Below, piece by piece: positions 37,623 to 47,619 of a stretch of 64,000 nucleotides of DNA. The stretch is from a bacterium (GTDB lineage Bacteria; Patescibacteriota; Minisyncoccia; Minisyncoccales; UBA10102), in NCBI GenBank assembly GCA_030647485.1, contig JAUSJT010000004.1, positions 173,088 to 237,087 on the forward strand, written 5' to 3'. The stretch's first letter is position 1, and the number at the start of each line of letters is the position of its first letter. Below the pieces are notes generated by a model. It was not told the DNA's origin, did no database searches, and worked only from the letters and a program-made list of their open reading frames with translations. The translations under genes and the position numbers were made by a program.

Positions 37623-39416
37623 CTATTCTAGCTCTATGGCAAACACCCTGGAACCTGCAAGAAGGTACAGGGTGTTTCCGTTTTTAGAAACGGTAAAATC
37701 CAATAGTGGTTCTTGAACGTCTATTCGATACTGCCCTACCAACTCTCCAGATTTAGTAAGAAGGATAACTCGAGATTCTGAAGGATCAAGAATATACAAA
37801 TAGGGGAGACCGGAAAAAGTCTTCACCATAGTTGCACCTTTAAACAAGGGGAATACCAACGGTTGTATGTCCTCCTGCCAAAATCCTCCAAAATATCTCT
37901 GTAGCGTATTATCTTGGGCAAGTATCCAGATATCTCCGTCAATGGCCATAGACTTTGCCCCCGTAGGGAATTTCAACGATTCTTCGCTCATCCATGCCAA
38001 AGGAGCTCTGGAATTGTTCAAAGGATCTTCATATTTTGCAATGGTCCCTTGCTGGGAGTTGAGAATATACAAGTTCTTGCCGAATTCAGCCGTACGCGCA
38101 TCCAATCGTATAATTTTTAGATCTGAAACAATCTTTCCTTTGCGTTCTTGAAGATCAAAGACGAATATCTGGGAAGAAAAGGGGTTAAAAAAATACAAAC
38201 TCTCCTGCGCCAGCAGCATGTTTTGAGGGATAAGATCAATATCTTCCTGCCTTATATCCACAATCGTTGCGGGATCCTCAACGTATTGAATGTTGTTTAT
38301 AGAAAGGAGCTGCCGCTCTAACTCCTCTTTTAGGGCAAGAAAGGTTTCGCGAAAGGGAACTTCTTTACCCGTGTGGCTGGACGCTTTCTTCCATGCTTCT
38401 TGCAAAAGGATGTTTGCGCTTCTTGTATCATTCAACTCCAAAGCGTCTTTTCCCTCCTTTTGAATAACCTGTATTTGCAACACAATGGCTTGAGTTTGCC
38501 TCTGCAGATCTTTCTTTTCTCCCTGAAAGGTAAGAAAACCGCCTGCTAACAACACACAAAACGCGGCGATCATAATAATCTTCTGCTTTCTCGTGTCATT
38601 CAGAATAAAAGAAGGCGTCTTTGCCTTGAATACCGGGAAACGCAAAAGATGCAAAAAGGGGACCTGAAGCTTAGGGAGGCGTATGGAGAACATACTTCTT
38701 TTGAGAAAAGACAATGGGGATGCTTGAGGCACAAACTCTTCGACAAGAACGGCAAATAAGATGCCAGATAACCTGGAGAATGTCTTTTCTCGCTTCTTTA
38801 AGAATGCCTGGAATTGCTTTGCGTTAGAGGGAACGCTCAAGTCTGAAAGGGCGTTTTCTTTTTGCAGGGCATTGTATATGTCTTTTGTAAGAACAACTAT
38901 TTTATCCTGGGCAAACGCATGCAAAGAGACAACGCTTCCAAACAGCTCTGCTCCATGGGAAGAATCCTGGAGATTTTTCCCAAGATCCACCACGTTTGTT
39001 CCCCGAGTCATGAACACTTTCATGCCCCCGGTTCTAGCAAACACGACAGAAGACTTCTTCCCAGAGTTCTTTACATACAAAAGAGTTATATGGAGATTGC
39101 CGAGCCAGTCTACGTTTCCCTTACGAAGTTCTTGGGCAAAAAAGTCATTTGCTTTTTTCAAGAGCATGCGGAAAAAAGCGTCTTGAGACTTTGGGGTAAG
39201 GGTTAAAGAATATCCATTGGAAATAACTTTTGCAAATTTCTGCAGCAATCCTGAATTTTGGGGGAGCGTATGGCTAAGTTCTCCAACGATATACAGATTC
39301 CCGTGCGAAGAATCTTTTTCTGCTTGCCCGCCGATGAGGTGGGGCTCTATGGAAGAAATCTCAAAGAGCCGGTCTTTTTGCGCCTTTGGATTAAAGTAGA
39401 ATTCAAAGATTTGCAT
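37623..39416 (-). CDS. Hypothetical protein: PP2C-like N-terminus, TM, beta-propeller-like C-terminus
   Basis: 597 aa; central TM; beta-rich repeats (MAIDGDIW, LYILD); fold assignments are inference. Confidence 0.7.
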   Translation of the reverse strand: MQIFEFYFNPKAQKDRLFEISSIEPHLIGGQAEKDSSHGNLYIVGELSHTLPQNSGLLQKFAKVISNGYSLTLTPKSQDAFFRMLLKKANDFFAQELRKGNVDWLGNLHITLLYVKNSGKKSSVVFARTGGMKVFMTRGTNVVDLGKNLQDSSHGAELFGSVVSLHAFAQDKIVVLTKDIYNALQKENALSDLSVPSNAKQFQAFLKKREKTFSRLSGILFAVLVEEFVPQASPLSFLKRSMFSIRLPKLQVPFLHLLRFPVFKAKTPSFILNDTRKQKIIMIAAFCVLLAGGFLTFQGEKKDLQRQTQAIVLQIQVIQKEGKDALELNDTRSANILLQEAWKKASSHTGKEVPFRETFLALKEELERQLLSINNIQYVEDPATIVDIRQEDIDLIPQNMLLAQESLYFFNPFSSQIFVFDLQERKGKIVSDLKIIRLDARTAEFGKNLYILNSQQGTIAKYEDPLNNSRAPLAWMSEESLKFPTGAKSMAIDGDIWILAQDNTLQRYFGGFWQEDIQPLVFPLFKGATMVKTFSGLPYLYILDPSESRVILLTKSGELVGQYRIDVQEPLLDFTVSKNGNTLYLLAGSRVFAIELE

Positions 39417-39502
39417 TGCTTCAGTATATCATTGACTTTCAGCAAATTCTATGATAGAAAAAAACATCTCGCGCATTCCCAACCCAAAGGAAGGAGATTC
39501 CA

Positions 39503-40063
39503 ATGCCAGACAGTATACAGTTCCTTGCGATATGCTTTTATTTCATCTTTCCTGCCTACGCCGCGAATATTGCCCCAATCCTTGCTAAGCGCTTCAATAT
39601 CTTATCCCGTCTCGACCTACCGATTGATTGCAATGCAAGATGGAATGGAAAACCTGTTCTTGGTCCGCATAAAACCCTAAGGGGATTCGTGCTAGGTACG
39701 ACAGTTGCCATTGCTGTGGTGCTTAGTCAAACCCTTCTGTATCCGTTCTTTCCGTTCCCCACGCTTGGCCTTGTAAACTATGCCCAGATCAATCCCTTTC
39801 TTCTTGGATTTCTTTTGGGATTCGGATCGCTCCTGGGAGATAGCCTTGGCAGTCTCATAAAGCGCAGAATAGGAAGAGCACCAGGGGAATCCCTATTTGG
39901 TCTGGATCAAACAGGAATGGCAATTGTAGCAATCGCGTCTGTGGTGTGGATATATCCATTGTCGCTCACCACAAGCATTGCTCTAATTGCTATGACGTTC
40001 CTTTGGCACATTACGGCGGCAAGGACGGCGTTCCTTCTGAAAATCAGGAGGGAGAAATGGTAG
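39503..40063 (+). CDS. CDP-archaeol synthase (CarS/DUF46)-like membrane cytidylyltransferase
   Basis: PAYAANIAP, PID..G.HKTLRG, GDSLGSLIKRR, LDQ. Confidence 0.85.
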   Translation: MPDSIQFLAICFYFIFPAYAANIAPILAKRFNILSRLDLPIDCNARWNGKPVLGPHKTLRGFVLGTTVAIAVVLSQTLLYPFFPFPTLGLVNYAQINPFLLGFLLGFGSLLGDSLGSLIKRRIGRAPGESLFGLDQTGMAIVAIASVVWIYPLSLTTSIALIAMTFLWHITAARTAFLLKIRREKW

Positions 40064-40138
40064 CATTCCATGCACCTCTACACGAGGTGCTTTTCTTTGA
40101 CTTTCACTCTTACATTACTATAATATACGTGTACAAAT

Positions 40139-40210
40139 GGGCATTTAGCTCAGCGGTAGAGCGCTTCGTTCACATCGAAGAGGTGACAGGTTCGACACCT
40201 GTAATGCCCA
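40139..40210 (+). tRNA. tRNA-Val(CAC)
   Basis: GGGCATT/AATGCCC acceptor; CTTCG-TTCACAT-CGAAG. Confidence 0.95.
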
Positions 40211-40348
40211 CAACGTACAAAATCAAAGATTTTTACGTTGTAGGAACGTAGAATTTGAAAACAAATTCGTACGTTCCACAGCATCAAAAAGGTCGCATAG
40301 GTATCTATTAACTAAAAACTAATAACTATAAACTAAAAACTGAAGCAT

Positions 40349-40636
40349 ATGGCAACTCAAGTTATTAAGAAAGACGGCTCAAAGCAACCATTTGATGTAG
40401 AGAAAATCAAAAGAGCGATCGAGGGAGCGGCAAGAGAAGCTGGTCTTCCCGAAGAACGTATCTCTCAAGTGGTTCGAGAAGTTTCTGAAGCTGTTATATC
40501 GCAAACAGGCGCACGAGACGATAGTTCTGAAAAGGAAATCGCCTCGTCTGAAATCAAGGCAATGATTTTGAATGAGTTAGACAGGGTAGATCCTAGTGTA
40601 TCTGCTGCCTGGAGAACATACGAAGCGTCAAAATAA
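40349..40636 (+). CDS. Stand-alone ATP-cone protein
   Basis: VIKKDGSKQPFDVEKIKRAI. Confidence 0.88.
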   Translation: MATQVIKKDGSKQPFDVEKIKRAIEGAAREAGLPEERISQVVREVSEAVISQTGARDDSSEKEIASSEIKAMILNELDRVDPSVSAAWRTYEASK

Positions 40637-40691
40637 GGAGTACTGAACAGGAGCCGTGCAAAAGCACGGCTTTTGTTATACAATAAAAGCT

Positions 40692-41075
40692 ATGGCAAGC
40701 AACCTCATCTTGGATTTCTTTATATGGTTCTTAAGGGAGGTTCCTCTCGCAATTGTAAAGGCATGGCGAAACACCTTGTGGTTTGCGTTTCACTATTTCT
40801 CTCTTCCCGTTCTTGTACTAACCTTTTTAGCGCCTTGGCGGCGTTATTCCTGGTCGTACAAAGGGGGATTTAACATCGGAGGATATCTTGAAGCTTTAGC
40901 AAGCAACTTTTTTTCAAGGATTATCGGAGCCACAATGCGCATCCCTATTATAGCCACGGGGCTCGTTTCGGTATTTCTAGTCTTTTGCGCGGGGGCGATA
41001 GTTCTTGTTTCGTGGTTTCTTCTCCCCTTGATTATTTTTTTGTTATTCTCTCATGGCCTCAGAATTCTTTTTTAA
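40692..41075 (+). CDS. Small membrane protein coupled to the Clp-like ATPase
   Basis: Hydrophobic; FSLPVLVLTFLAPWRR; overlaps the next gene. Confidence 0.8.
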   Translation: MASNLILDFFIWFLREVPLAIVKAWRNTLWFAFHYFSLPVLVLTFLAPWRRYSWSYKGGFNIGGYLEALASNFFSRIIGATMRIPIIATGLVSVFLVFCAGAIVLVSWFLLPLIIFLLFSHGLRILF

Positions 41076-43548
41076 CATTCAACAAAGCAGAATATGGGAA
41101 ACCATTTTCTTTGATCAAGTATTCTGCATAAAGAAAGTGAGGTTTTTACGCAAAGCGTTCCAGTGGATTCTTTGGACCCTATGCGTTGTGTTTGTTGTAG
41201 GATTTGTTGCAAAAACACTTTCTCAAGAAACCCTCTCCTTGGCGCTCGGGGGCATGTTTCTTTCTCTTGCCTTGATTGGAACCTTCTTTCTTGTTGAGTC
41301 CTTTGGAGAATATCTAAAGACAGGGCGCCCAGAAAAAGAAACAAAGAACCTTGCAGACGCCCTTTCTTTTGAAAGCGCCAAGGCGCTCAAGAATGCTTCA
41401 TCCTCATCACAGACGCTTTTGCGACTTGTGCGAGAGAACCCGGAACTTCACTTTGTGTTCAACAGGCTCTTGTTAAATTGGCAGAGCATGCAGAAACAAT
41501 TGAAAATCCTGAGTAGCAACGAAGGACTCAAGGGGCAACAAGGAACGGAAGATATCTTAAGATTGGTTGAAAAAGCATTTACAGCAGCTAAAGAGAATAA
41601 TCACAGAATTATAGAGAAGGGAGACCTTCTGATTGCGCTCGCAGAGGAAGAGCCGGTCTTTAAGGAAGCGCTCCGGGAACATGATATAAGCCCAAAAGAT
41701 ATTGGGAAAACCGTGTGGTGGTTAAGCATACTTGAAGAACGCATAAAAGAGCAAAAACAATGGTGGCAAGAGAAAAACTTAAGAAAAAGAGGAACTCTGG
41801 CACGCCAATGGACCGCGGGATTCACTCCAACTCTTGACCAGTTTTCTTTTGATCTTACTGAATCGTTAAAAACGCAGGGATCCCCACGGCTTGTCGGTCA
41901 CAGAAAAGAAGTGGAATCCTTAGAACGGGCATTGTCCAGGATAAAGGCAAACAATGCGCTTTTAGTGGGAGAGCCCGGGTCTGGCAGAAAAAGCATAGTG
42001 TATGAAATTGCCTTGAGAAGCATGCTCGGGGAAAGCGCACCCCATATAAATTACAAAAGAGTTTTGGAGCTTGACGTACTCGGCCTTTTAGCTCGCGTAC
42101 AAAGCTCGGCAGAACGAGAACAATATCTTGACCAGATATTCCAAGAAGTGGTGGCAGCAGGCAACGTTATTGTGTTCATTGACGACTTTCACAACTATGT
42201 AAGCTCGAGAAATCAGGGGAGGCCTGGATCCTTGGATATTTCAGCAAGCATTGCAAAATATCTCGCCACCCCTTATTTCCCCGTTATCGCCTGTACTACG
42301 TTCTCTGGACTCCATCAGGATATTGAACAGAATTCAGGCATACTTGGACTGCTAGAAAAAGTGGAAGTATCAGAGATATCTCCCGACGAGACATTTCAAG
42401 TACTCTTTCAGCTTGTGTTCTCCTTGGAGAGAAAATACCGCAAGTTCATCCCATACCAGGCCATACGAGACATTGTGAAGCTGTCTGGAAAATATATTCA
42501 GGCAGTTCCATTCCCGCAAAAGGCAGTGGATCTTTTGCAAGAAGCAGTGGTGTTTCTTAGCCAAACAAAAGACAAGGTATTGCTTGGCTCGCATATTGCG
42601 TCTCTGGTTTCTCAAAGAACGCAGATCCCAGTAGGGGACTTGGAATCAAAAGAGAAGGAGGTGCTCTTAAACTTAGAAGATCTCATCCACAAAAGAATTA
42701 TAGACCAGGAAGAAGCGGTAAAAGAAGTTTCTTCTGCGTTGCGCCGCGCAAGAACAGAAATAGGGTCAAGGAAAGGGCCCATGGGAACGTTCCTGTTCTT
42801 GGGCCCCACCGGAGTAGGGAAGACAGAGACTGCAAAAGCGTTGGCTGCCATTTACTTTGGGTCTGAAGAACGCATGGTGCGTCTTGATATGTCAGAATAC
42901 CAGAACGTCCAGGACACCGAGCGATTACTAGGTTCTGCAACCCAGGAAGGGATATTCTGCACCCAGGTCAGAGAAAATCCTTTTTCTCTTATTCTCCTAG
43001 ACGAATTGGAAAAAGCCCACCCCAACATTCTCAACCTGTTCTTGCAGGTACTAGACGAGGGGCACATCACCGACGGCATTGGAAGAAAGGTAAGCTTCCA
43101 GCACACCATCATTATCGCAACAAGCAATGCAGGTAGCCAGCTCATCTTGCAGGCATTGAAAGACCAGAAAGATTTTGCAATATTGAAAGAAGAGATCATT
43201 GACTATCTATTCAAAGAAGGAGTATACAGGCCAGAATTTATCAACCGGTTTGACGCAATGGTACTGTTCAAGCCCCTTGCCAGAGAACATCTCTTGAAAA
43301 TTGTGGACCTCATGCTTTCAAAACTTAAAAAGAATCTTGCAGAACGCGGCATTGAATTTTCTGCCACCCAATCCTTAAAAGAAAAAGTTGCAGACCTGGG
43401 GTACGATCCCAAGTTTGGAGCGCGGAACTTAAAACGCATTATCCAAGACAAGGTAGAAAATGTATTCGCAGTTGCTCTCCTGGAAGATAAACTCCAGAGA
43501 GGGGACAAGGTCGAGATGCAAGAAGACTTTACCATTACAAAACTATGA
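41053..43548 (+). CDS. Membrane-anchored ClpA/ClpB-family AAA+ ATPase
   Basis: Two N-terminal TMs; GEPGSGRKS; GPTGVGKT, LDELEKAHP, RPEFINRFD, GARNL. Confidence 0.9.
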   Translation: MASEFFFNIQQSRIWETIFFDQVFCIKKVRFLRKAFQWILWTLCVVFVVGFVAKTLSQETLSLALGGMFLSLALIGTFFLVESFGEYLKTGRPEKETKNLADALSFESAKALKNASSSSQTLLRLVRENPELHFVFNRLLLNWQSMQKQLKILSSNEGLKGQQGTEDILRLVEKAFTAAKENNHRIIEKGDLLIALAEEEPVFKEALREHDISPKDIGKTVWWLSILEERIKEQKQWWQEKNLRKRGTLARQWTAGFTPTLDQFSFDLTESLKTQGSPRLVGHRKEVESLERALSRIKANNALLVGEPGSGRKSIVYEIALRSMLGESAPHINYKRVLELDVLGLLARVQSSAEREQYLDQIFQEVVAAGNVIVFIDDFHNYVSSRNQGRPGSLDISASIAKYLATPYFPVIACTTFSGLHQDIEQNSGILGLLEKVEVSEISPDETFQVLFQLVFSLERKYRKFIPYQAIRDIVKLSGKYIQAVPFPQKAVDLLQEAVVFLSQTKDKVLLGSHIASLVSQRTQIPVGDLESKEKEVLLNLEDLIHKRIIDQEEAVKEVSSALRRARTEIGSRKGPMGTFLFLGPTGVGKTETAKALAAIYFGSEERMVRLDMSEYQNVQDTERLLGSATQEGIFCTQVRENPFSLILLDELEKAHPNILNLFLQVLDEGHITDGIGRKVSFQHTIIIATSNAGSQLILQALKDQKDFAILKEEIIDYLFKEGVYRPEFINRFDAMVLFKPLAREHLLKIVDLMLSKLKKNLAERGIEFSATQSLKEKVADLGYDPKFGARNLKRIIQDKVENVFAVALLEDKLQRGDKVEMQEDFTITKL

Positions 43549-43940
43549 AAAAGCCAGAAGACTATTTCAACAACGGAGAAGTATATGTCTGGAAAGAAAC
43601 CTTTGCGGTTGCAAAATCAAAAAAACCCTTGCCAGACGCGGTGGTCACCATTCAAGACAAGAATGAGATTACGGTGGTGATAGACCAAGAAAAACTTGAG
43701 GCCCACAAAGACGATCTCGTAGAAACAGACAGGGATTGGAAAATCATTACCTTTGACATGCTCTTGCCCTTAGACATGGTGGGATGGATAGCCAAGGTGT
43801 CAGACATCCTTGCGGACGAAGGAATAAGCATACTAATCCTTTCTGCGTATTCTACTGATCACGTACTAGTGAAAATGTCCGATCTTGAAAAGGCAACTAA
43901 CAAGCTGAAATCCATGGGTTGTAGGATAAGCGAGAAATAA
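43545..43940 (+). CDS. ACT domain protein
   Basis: VGWIAKVSDILADEGISILILSAYSTDHVLV. Confidence 0.85.
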   Translation: MKKPEDYFNNGEVYVWKETFAVAKSKKPLPDAVVTIQDKNEITVVIDQEKLEAHKDDLVETDRDWKIITFDMLLPLDMVGWIAKVSDILADEGISILILSAYSTDHVLVKMSDLEKATNKLKSMGCRISEK

Positions 43941-43993
43941 GACATAAGAAGGAGGGAAAGAGATGGCCAGCATAGAGCTGGCTCTTTTCTTTT

Positions 43994-44085
43994 CAAATCA
44001 CCCAGTGGTGGAAAAATAGGAGGTTGCCTCAGGCGACTGACGTAAGAAACCGAAGGTGTCTTAAGCTGGGGGTCGGGGTGATTTG
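43994..44085 (+). repeat. Structured repeat family F, copy 5
   Basis: CAAATCACCC..GGGTGATTTG outer stem; core nearly identical to copy 3. Confidence 0.9.
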
Positions 44086-44146
44086 CATCTGGGGATAATA
44101 TGGGGAGAAACAGGGGATTTAAGGCAGGATTCCAAGGGGTAGAAAT

Positions 44147-44240
44147 GTGGTTGACCAGGGTGCATGAGTGGGATATAGTGGAAATGTAGTGGAGACCTGT
44201 GGATAAAAGTGGGGATAACTCCCCATAACTGTGGATAACT
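44147..44240 (+). promoter_or_regulatory. mraZ promoter with MraZ-box-like repeats and two DnaA boxes
   Basis: TTGACC-17-TATAGT (44151-44179); GTGG at 44168, 44178, 44189, 44199, 44209; TGTGGATAA at 44198 and 44230. Confidence 0.8.
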
Positions 44241-44293
44241 CATTCGAGTCTGAAGACTCTTCAGAGTCTGAACGACTTAGCCAGGCTAAGGAT

Positions 44294-44725
44294 ATGTTCA
44301 TCGGAGAATACACATACTCAATAGACGATAAAAAGCGTCTTGCCATTCCTCCTAAGTTCAGGGAGATTTTAGGCAAAAAAGCTGTTATCACCAAAGGACT
44401 GGATACCTGTCTTTTTTTGTATCCCATAAAAGAATGGGAAGTGGAAGCTCAAAAGCTTGGGAATCTTCCGCCCACACAGGCAGCTGCCAGAAGCTACGCA
44501 CGAATTACCCTTGCGTCCGCGCGGGATGTTGATTTTGACTCATTAGGAAGAATTGTGCTTCCCGAATATCTTAAGGACTGGGCTGGATTTGGGAAAAGGG
44601 TTGTGGTGACTGGTGTCTACAAAAAAATTGAGATATGGGACGAGAAAAAGTGGACAGAATACAAAGAGAAGATTGAACCGAATATGGACAGCATCGCAGA
44701 AAGCTTGAAAGAATACGGCATTTAA
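44294..44725 (+). CDS. mraZ: dcw cluster repressor MraZ
   Basis: MFIGEYTYSIDDKKRLAIP, DSLGRIVLP, IEIWD. Confidence 0.96.
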   Translation: MFIGEYTYSIDDKKRLAIPPKFREILGKKAVITKGLDTCLFLYPIKEWEVEAQKLGNLPPTQAAARSYARITLASARDVDFDSLGRIVLPEYLKDWAGFGKRVVVTGVYKKIEIWDEKKWTEYKEKIEPNMDSIAESLKEYGI

Positions 44726-44726
44726 C

Positions 44727-45617
44727 ATGCATATCCCTGTTCTAAAAGAAAAAGTCATAGAATATCTAGCACCCAAGCCAAATGAACATTTTATAGATTG
44801 CACGATAGGACAAGGAGGACACGCGCTTTCCATTCTTGAAAAGACAGGACCAAAAGGAAAAGTGCTCGGCATAGACCAAGATTCTGTATTCTTATCCCAG
44901 TTGCGGCAAACCATTCAGAAAGAATACAAGAATCGTTTACTGCTGGCAGAAGGAAACTTTGCACATATTACAACTATAGCGCAGCAAGAGAAGTTCAAAC
45001 CGGTGCACGGCATTCTCTTTGACCTCGGGTTTTCCTCTCTGCATATTGAAGAGAGCAAAAGGGGATTCTCGTTTCAAAAACAAGAACCCCTGGATATGCG
45101 GTACTCTTTATCCAATCCCATTACGGCAGAAAAAATAGTGAACTACTGGTCAAAGACGGATATTGAAAGAATCCTCAAGGAATATGGGGAAGAGCAGTTT
45201 TCAAAAGAAATCAGCCAGGCCATAGCAGAACATCGCTCGCAAACGCCTATAGTGAAAACAACGCAGCTGGTCAAAATCATTCAAGAAGCAACTCCCAAAT
45301 GGTACCACAAAAAGAAGGTGCATCCTGCAACAAAAACATTCCAGGCTCTGCGCATCGCGGTGAATAGCGAGTTAGAGAATATTAAAGAGGCGCTACCCCA
45401 AGCAGTGGAGCTCCTGGAACCTAACGGGAGAATAGCGGTCATATCTTTCCATTCATTAGAAGACAGAATCGTAAAAAATTTCTTTAAAACGCACCCCTCG
45501 CTTTCCATGATCACGAAAAAACCAATTACGCCTTCGTTGCAAGAACAAAAAGCAAATCCAAGGTCACGATCTGCTAAGTTGAGAATTGCCTCAAAACTCC
45601 CAACTCACAATACATGA
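44727..45617 (+). CDS. rsmH: 16S rRNA m4C1402 methyltransferase
   Basis: HIPVL, DCTIGQGGH, FQALRIAVN, NPRSRSAKLR. Confidence 0.97.
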   Translation: MHIPVLKEKVIEYLAPKPNEHFIDCTIGQGGHALSILEKTGPKGKVLGIDQDSVFLSQLRQTIQKEYKNRLLLAEGNFAHITTIAQQEKFKPVHGILFDLGFSSLHIEESKRGFSFQKQEPLDMRYSLSNPITAEKIVNYWSKTDIERILKEYGEEQFSKEISQAIAEHRSQTPIVKTTQLVKIIQEATPKWYHKKKVHPATKTFQALRIAVNSELENIKEALPQAVELLEPNGRIAVISFHSLEDRIVKNFFKTHPSLSMITKKPITPSLQEQKANPRSRSAKLRIASKLPTHNT

Positions 45618-45898
45618 AACTTTTAGCCACACTCACCCTTGCTTGTGCGGGTGTGTTTGGCTTTCTATATATTCTCCAAGTCAATGCGCTCACTGCCCAA
45701 GCCTATCATATGGGAGAATACGAAACGGAAAAACAACAACTTTCAGATCGCAATAAAACGCTGGAATCATCCGCGATTCGCATTCTTTCTATGAAAAACT
45801 TCGAGGATCTTGCGACTCTGATGAATTTTGAGAAGGCGTACGACATTTCATACATAAAAATTACAGAACCCGCAGTGGCAGCAACAAACACGAGATAA
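45614..45898 (+). CDS. FtsL-like cell division protein
   Basis: TM plus coiled coil between rsmH and the PBP gene. Confidence 0.7.
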   Translation: MKLLATLTLACAGVFGFLYILQVNALTAQAYHMGEYETEKQQLSDRNKTLESSAIRILSMKNFEDLATLMNFEKAYDISYIKITEPAVAATNTR

Positions 45899-45924
45899 TG
45901 GTTCGACTTTACTCGCCATAATAT

Positions 45925-47619
45925 ATGTCATCTTGGAGAACCAACATACTTCTTGTGTGCCTCATTCTATTGGGAACGGCCCTCATAGGCCGTTTGTCAT
46001 ATGTGCAAGTATTCCATCATGGGCTTTACAAGGCATTGGCCCAAGGCCAACAAGCCTTTCCCTACGTTGCAAAGGGGGAGCGGGGGAATATCTTTGCGCA
46101 AAACAAACAGGGAGACCTGCATACGTTGGCAACTCATGATACGGTCTCCATTGTCTTTGCGACTCCGTCTGAAGTAGTAAACCCAAAAGACGCAGCAAAA
46201 ACATTAGCAGATATTCTTGATATTGAAGAATCCTTTATCCAAGAAAAGCTTTCCCACACAGAGAGCCTGTTTGAGCTTTTAAAACGCAAGATCTCACTGG
46301 AAGAAGAGGAGGCCATTGCACGGGCAACAATTCCAGGCATATACCTTAAAGAAGAGAGCATCAGACGATACCCCCAAGAAACATTTGCATCCCAGGTGCT
46401 AGGGTTTACAAATCAAGACGGACAAGGCCAGTACGGTTTAGAGGAGTATTACCAAGAGGAACTTGATGGAAAAGAAGGATTCTTTACCACCATACGGAGT
46501 CCGGGTGGATACCTTGCTTCAGAATCAAAAGAGGCCATTGAAGACGGGTCGGATCTTTTGTTAACCATAGATTACAATATTCAGGCGCAGGCAGAAGCCA
46601 TACTACGTAGAGAACAGCCTAACCTAAAATTTAAACAGGCAAGTATTATTGTCATAGAACCCTCGTCTGGGAAGATTATGGCATTAGCGAACATCCCCGG
46701 CTTTAACCCCAATGAATATGGGAGCGTAAAAAATCTTGCAGCTTTCCAAAACCCCGCTATCCAAAGTCTGTTCGAACCGGGTTCCGTATTCAAACCTTTA
46801 ACCATGGCAGGAGCAATTGATGCTGGGGCGTTAAAGCCAGAAACAACCTATGAAGACAAGGGAATAGTTCGCATAGGGGGATATAAGGTGCTGAACTATG
46901 ATGAAAGAATATGGGGAAAGAGGACAATGACAGAAGTATTGGAATTCTCTATTAACACAGGGGCGGTATTTGCTCAACAACAACTAGGTAATGAAAGGTT
47001 TCTCCAGGTCCTAGAAAGGTTCGGCATGTTCTACTCAACGGGCATTGATCTTGCAGGAGAGGCATACTCTCAAAACCAGGAATTAAAAAAGGGGTATGAC
47101 ATTAACTTTGCAACCGCCGCATTCGGGCAGGGTATTGAAATAACGCCCATACAGCTGGTTCGCGCCTACAGCGCCCTTGCCAACAAGGGGGTCATGGTAA
47201 AACCATACATGGTAGAAAAACTCATGAAAGGAGGCACAGAGTATAAAACAAAACCCGAGTTCTCTTTGCCCGTTTTTTCTTCCAAAACAGCTAACCTCGT
47301 AACCCAGATGATGGTCAATGTGGTTGAGAATGGGTTTTCCAAGAAAGCAAAAATCCCCGGCTATTACCTTGCAGGGAAAACAGGAACCGCCCAAGTTCCT
47401 TGGTCTGCGTTGGGTCAGAATAAATCAGGATATTCTGATGAAACAGTACAGTCATTCGTGGGATTCGCTCCGGCGTACAACCCAAGATTTCTCATACTGG
47501 TGAAATTGGACAATCCCCAGACAAAAACTGCAGAATACTCCGCCATGCCTCTTTTTCGCGAATTGGCCAAATATACTATAGACTACCTTGAGATACCTCC
47601 GGACTACGAAATAGAATAA
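45925..47619 (+). CDS. ftsI: Class B penicillin-binding protein
   Basis: EPGSVFK, SIN, GKTGT; dcw position. Confidence 0.9.
   Translation: MSSWRTNILLVCLILLGTALIGRLSYVQVFHHGLYKALAQGQQAFPYVAKGERGNIFAQNKQGDLHTLATHDTVSIVFATPSEVVNPKDAAKTLADILDIEESFIQEKLSHTESLFELLKRKISLEEEEAIARATIPGIYLKEESIRRYPQETFASQVLGFTNQDGQGQYGLEEYYQEELDGKEGFFTTIRSPGGYLASESKEAIEDGSDLLLTIDYNIQAQAEAILRREQPNLKFKQASIIVIEPSSGKIMALANIPGFNPNEYGSVKNLAAFQNPAIQSLFEPGSVFKPLTMAGAIDAGALKPETTYEDKGIVRIGGYKVLNYDERIWGKRTMTEVLEFSINTGAVFAQQQLGNERFLQVLERFGMFYSTGIDLAGEAYSQNQELKKGYDINFATAAFGQGIEITPIQLVRAYSALANKGVMVKPYMVEKLMKGGTEYKTKPEFSLPVFSSKTANLVTQMMVNVVENGFSKKAKIPGYYLAGKTGTAQVPWSALGQNKSGYSDETVQSFVGFAPAYNPRFLILVKLDNPQTKTAEYSAMPLFRELAKYTIDYLEIPPDYEIE

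Noticed and set aside
44147..44240. oriC
   Set aside because: Only two DnaA boxes, no AT-rich unwinding element and no dnaA or dnaN; the mraZ promoter explains the region.
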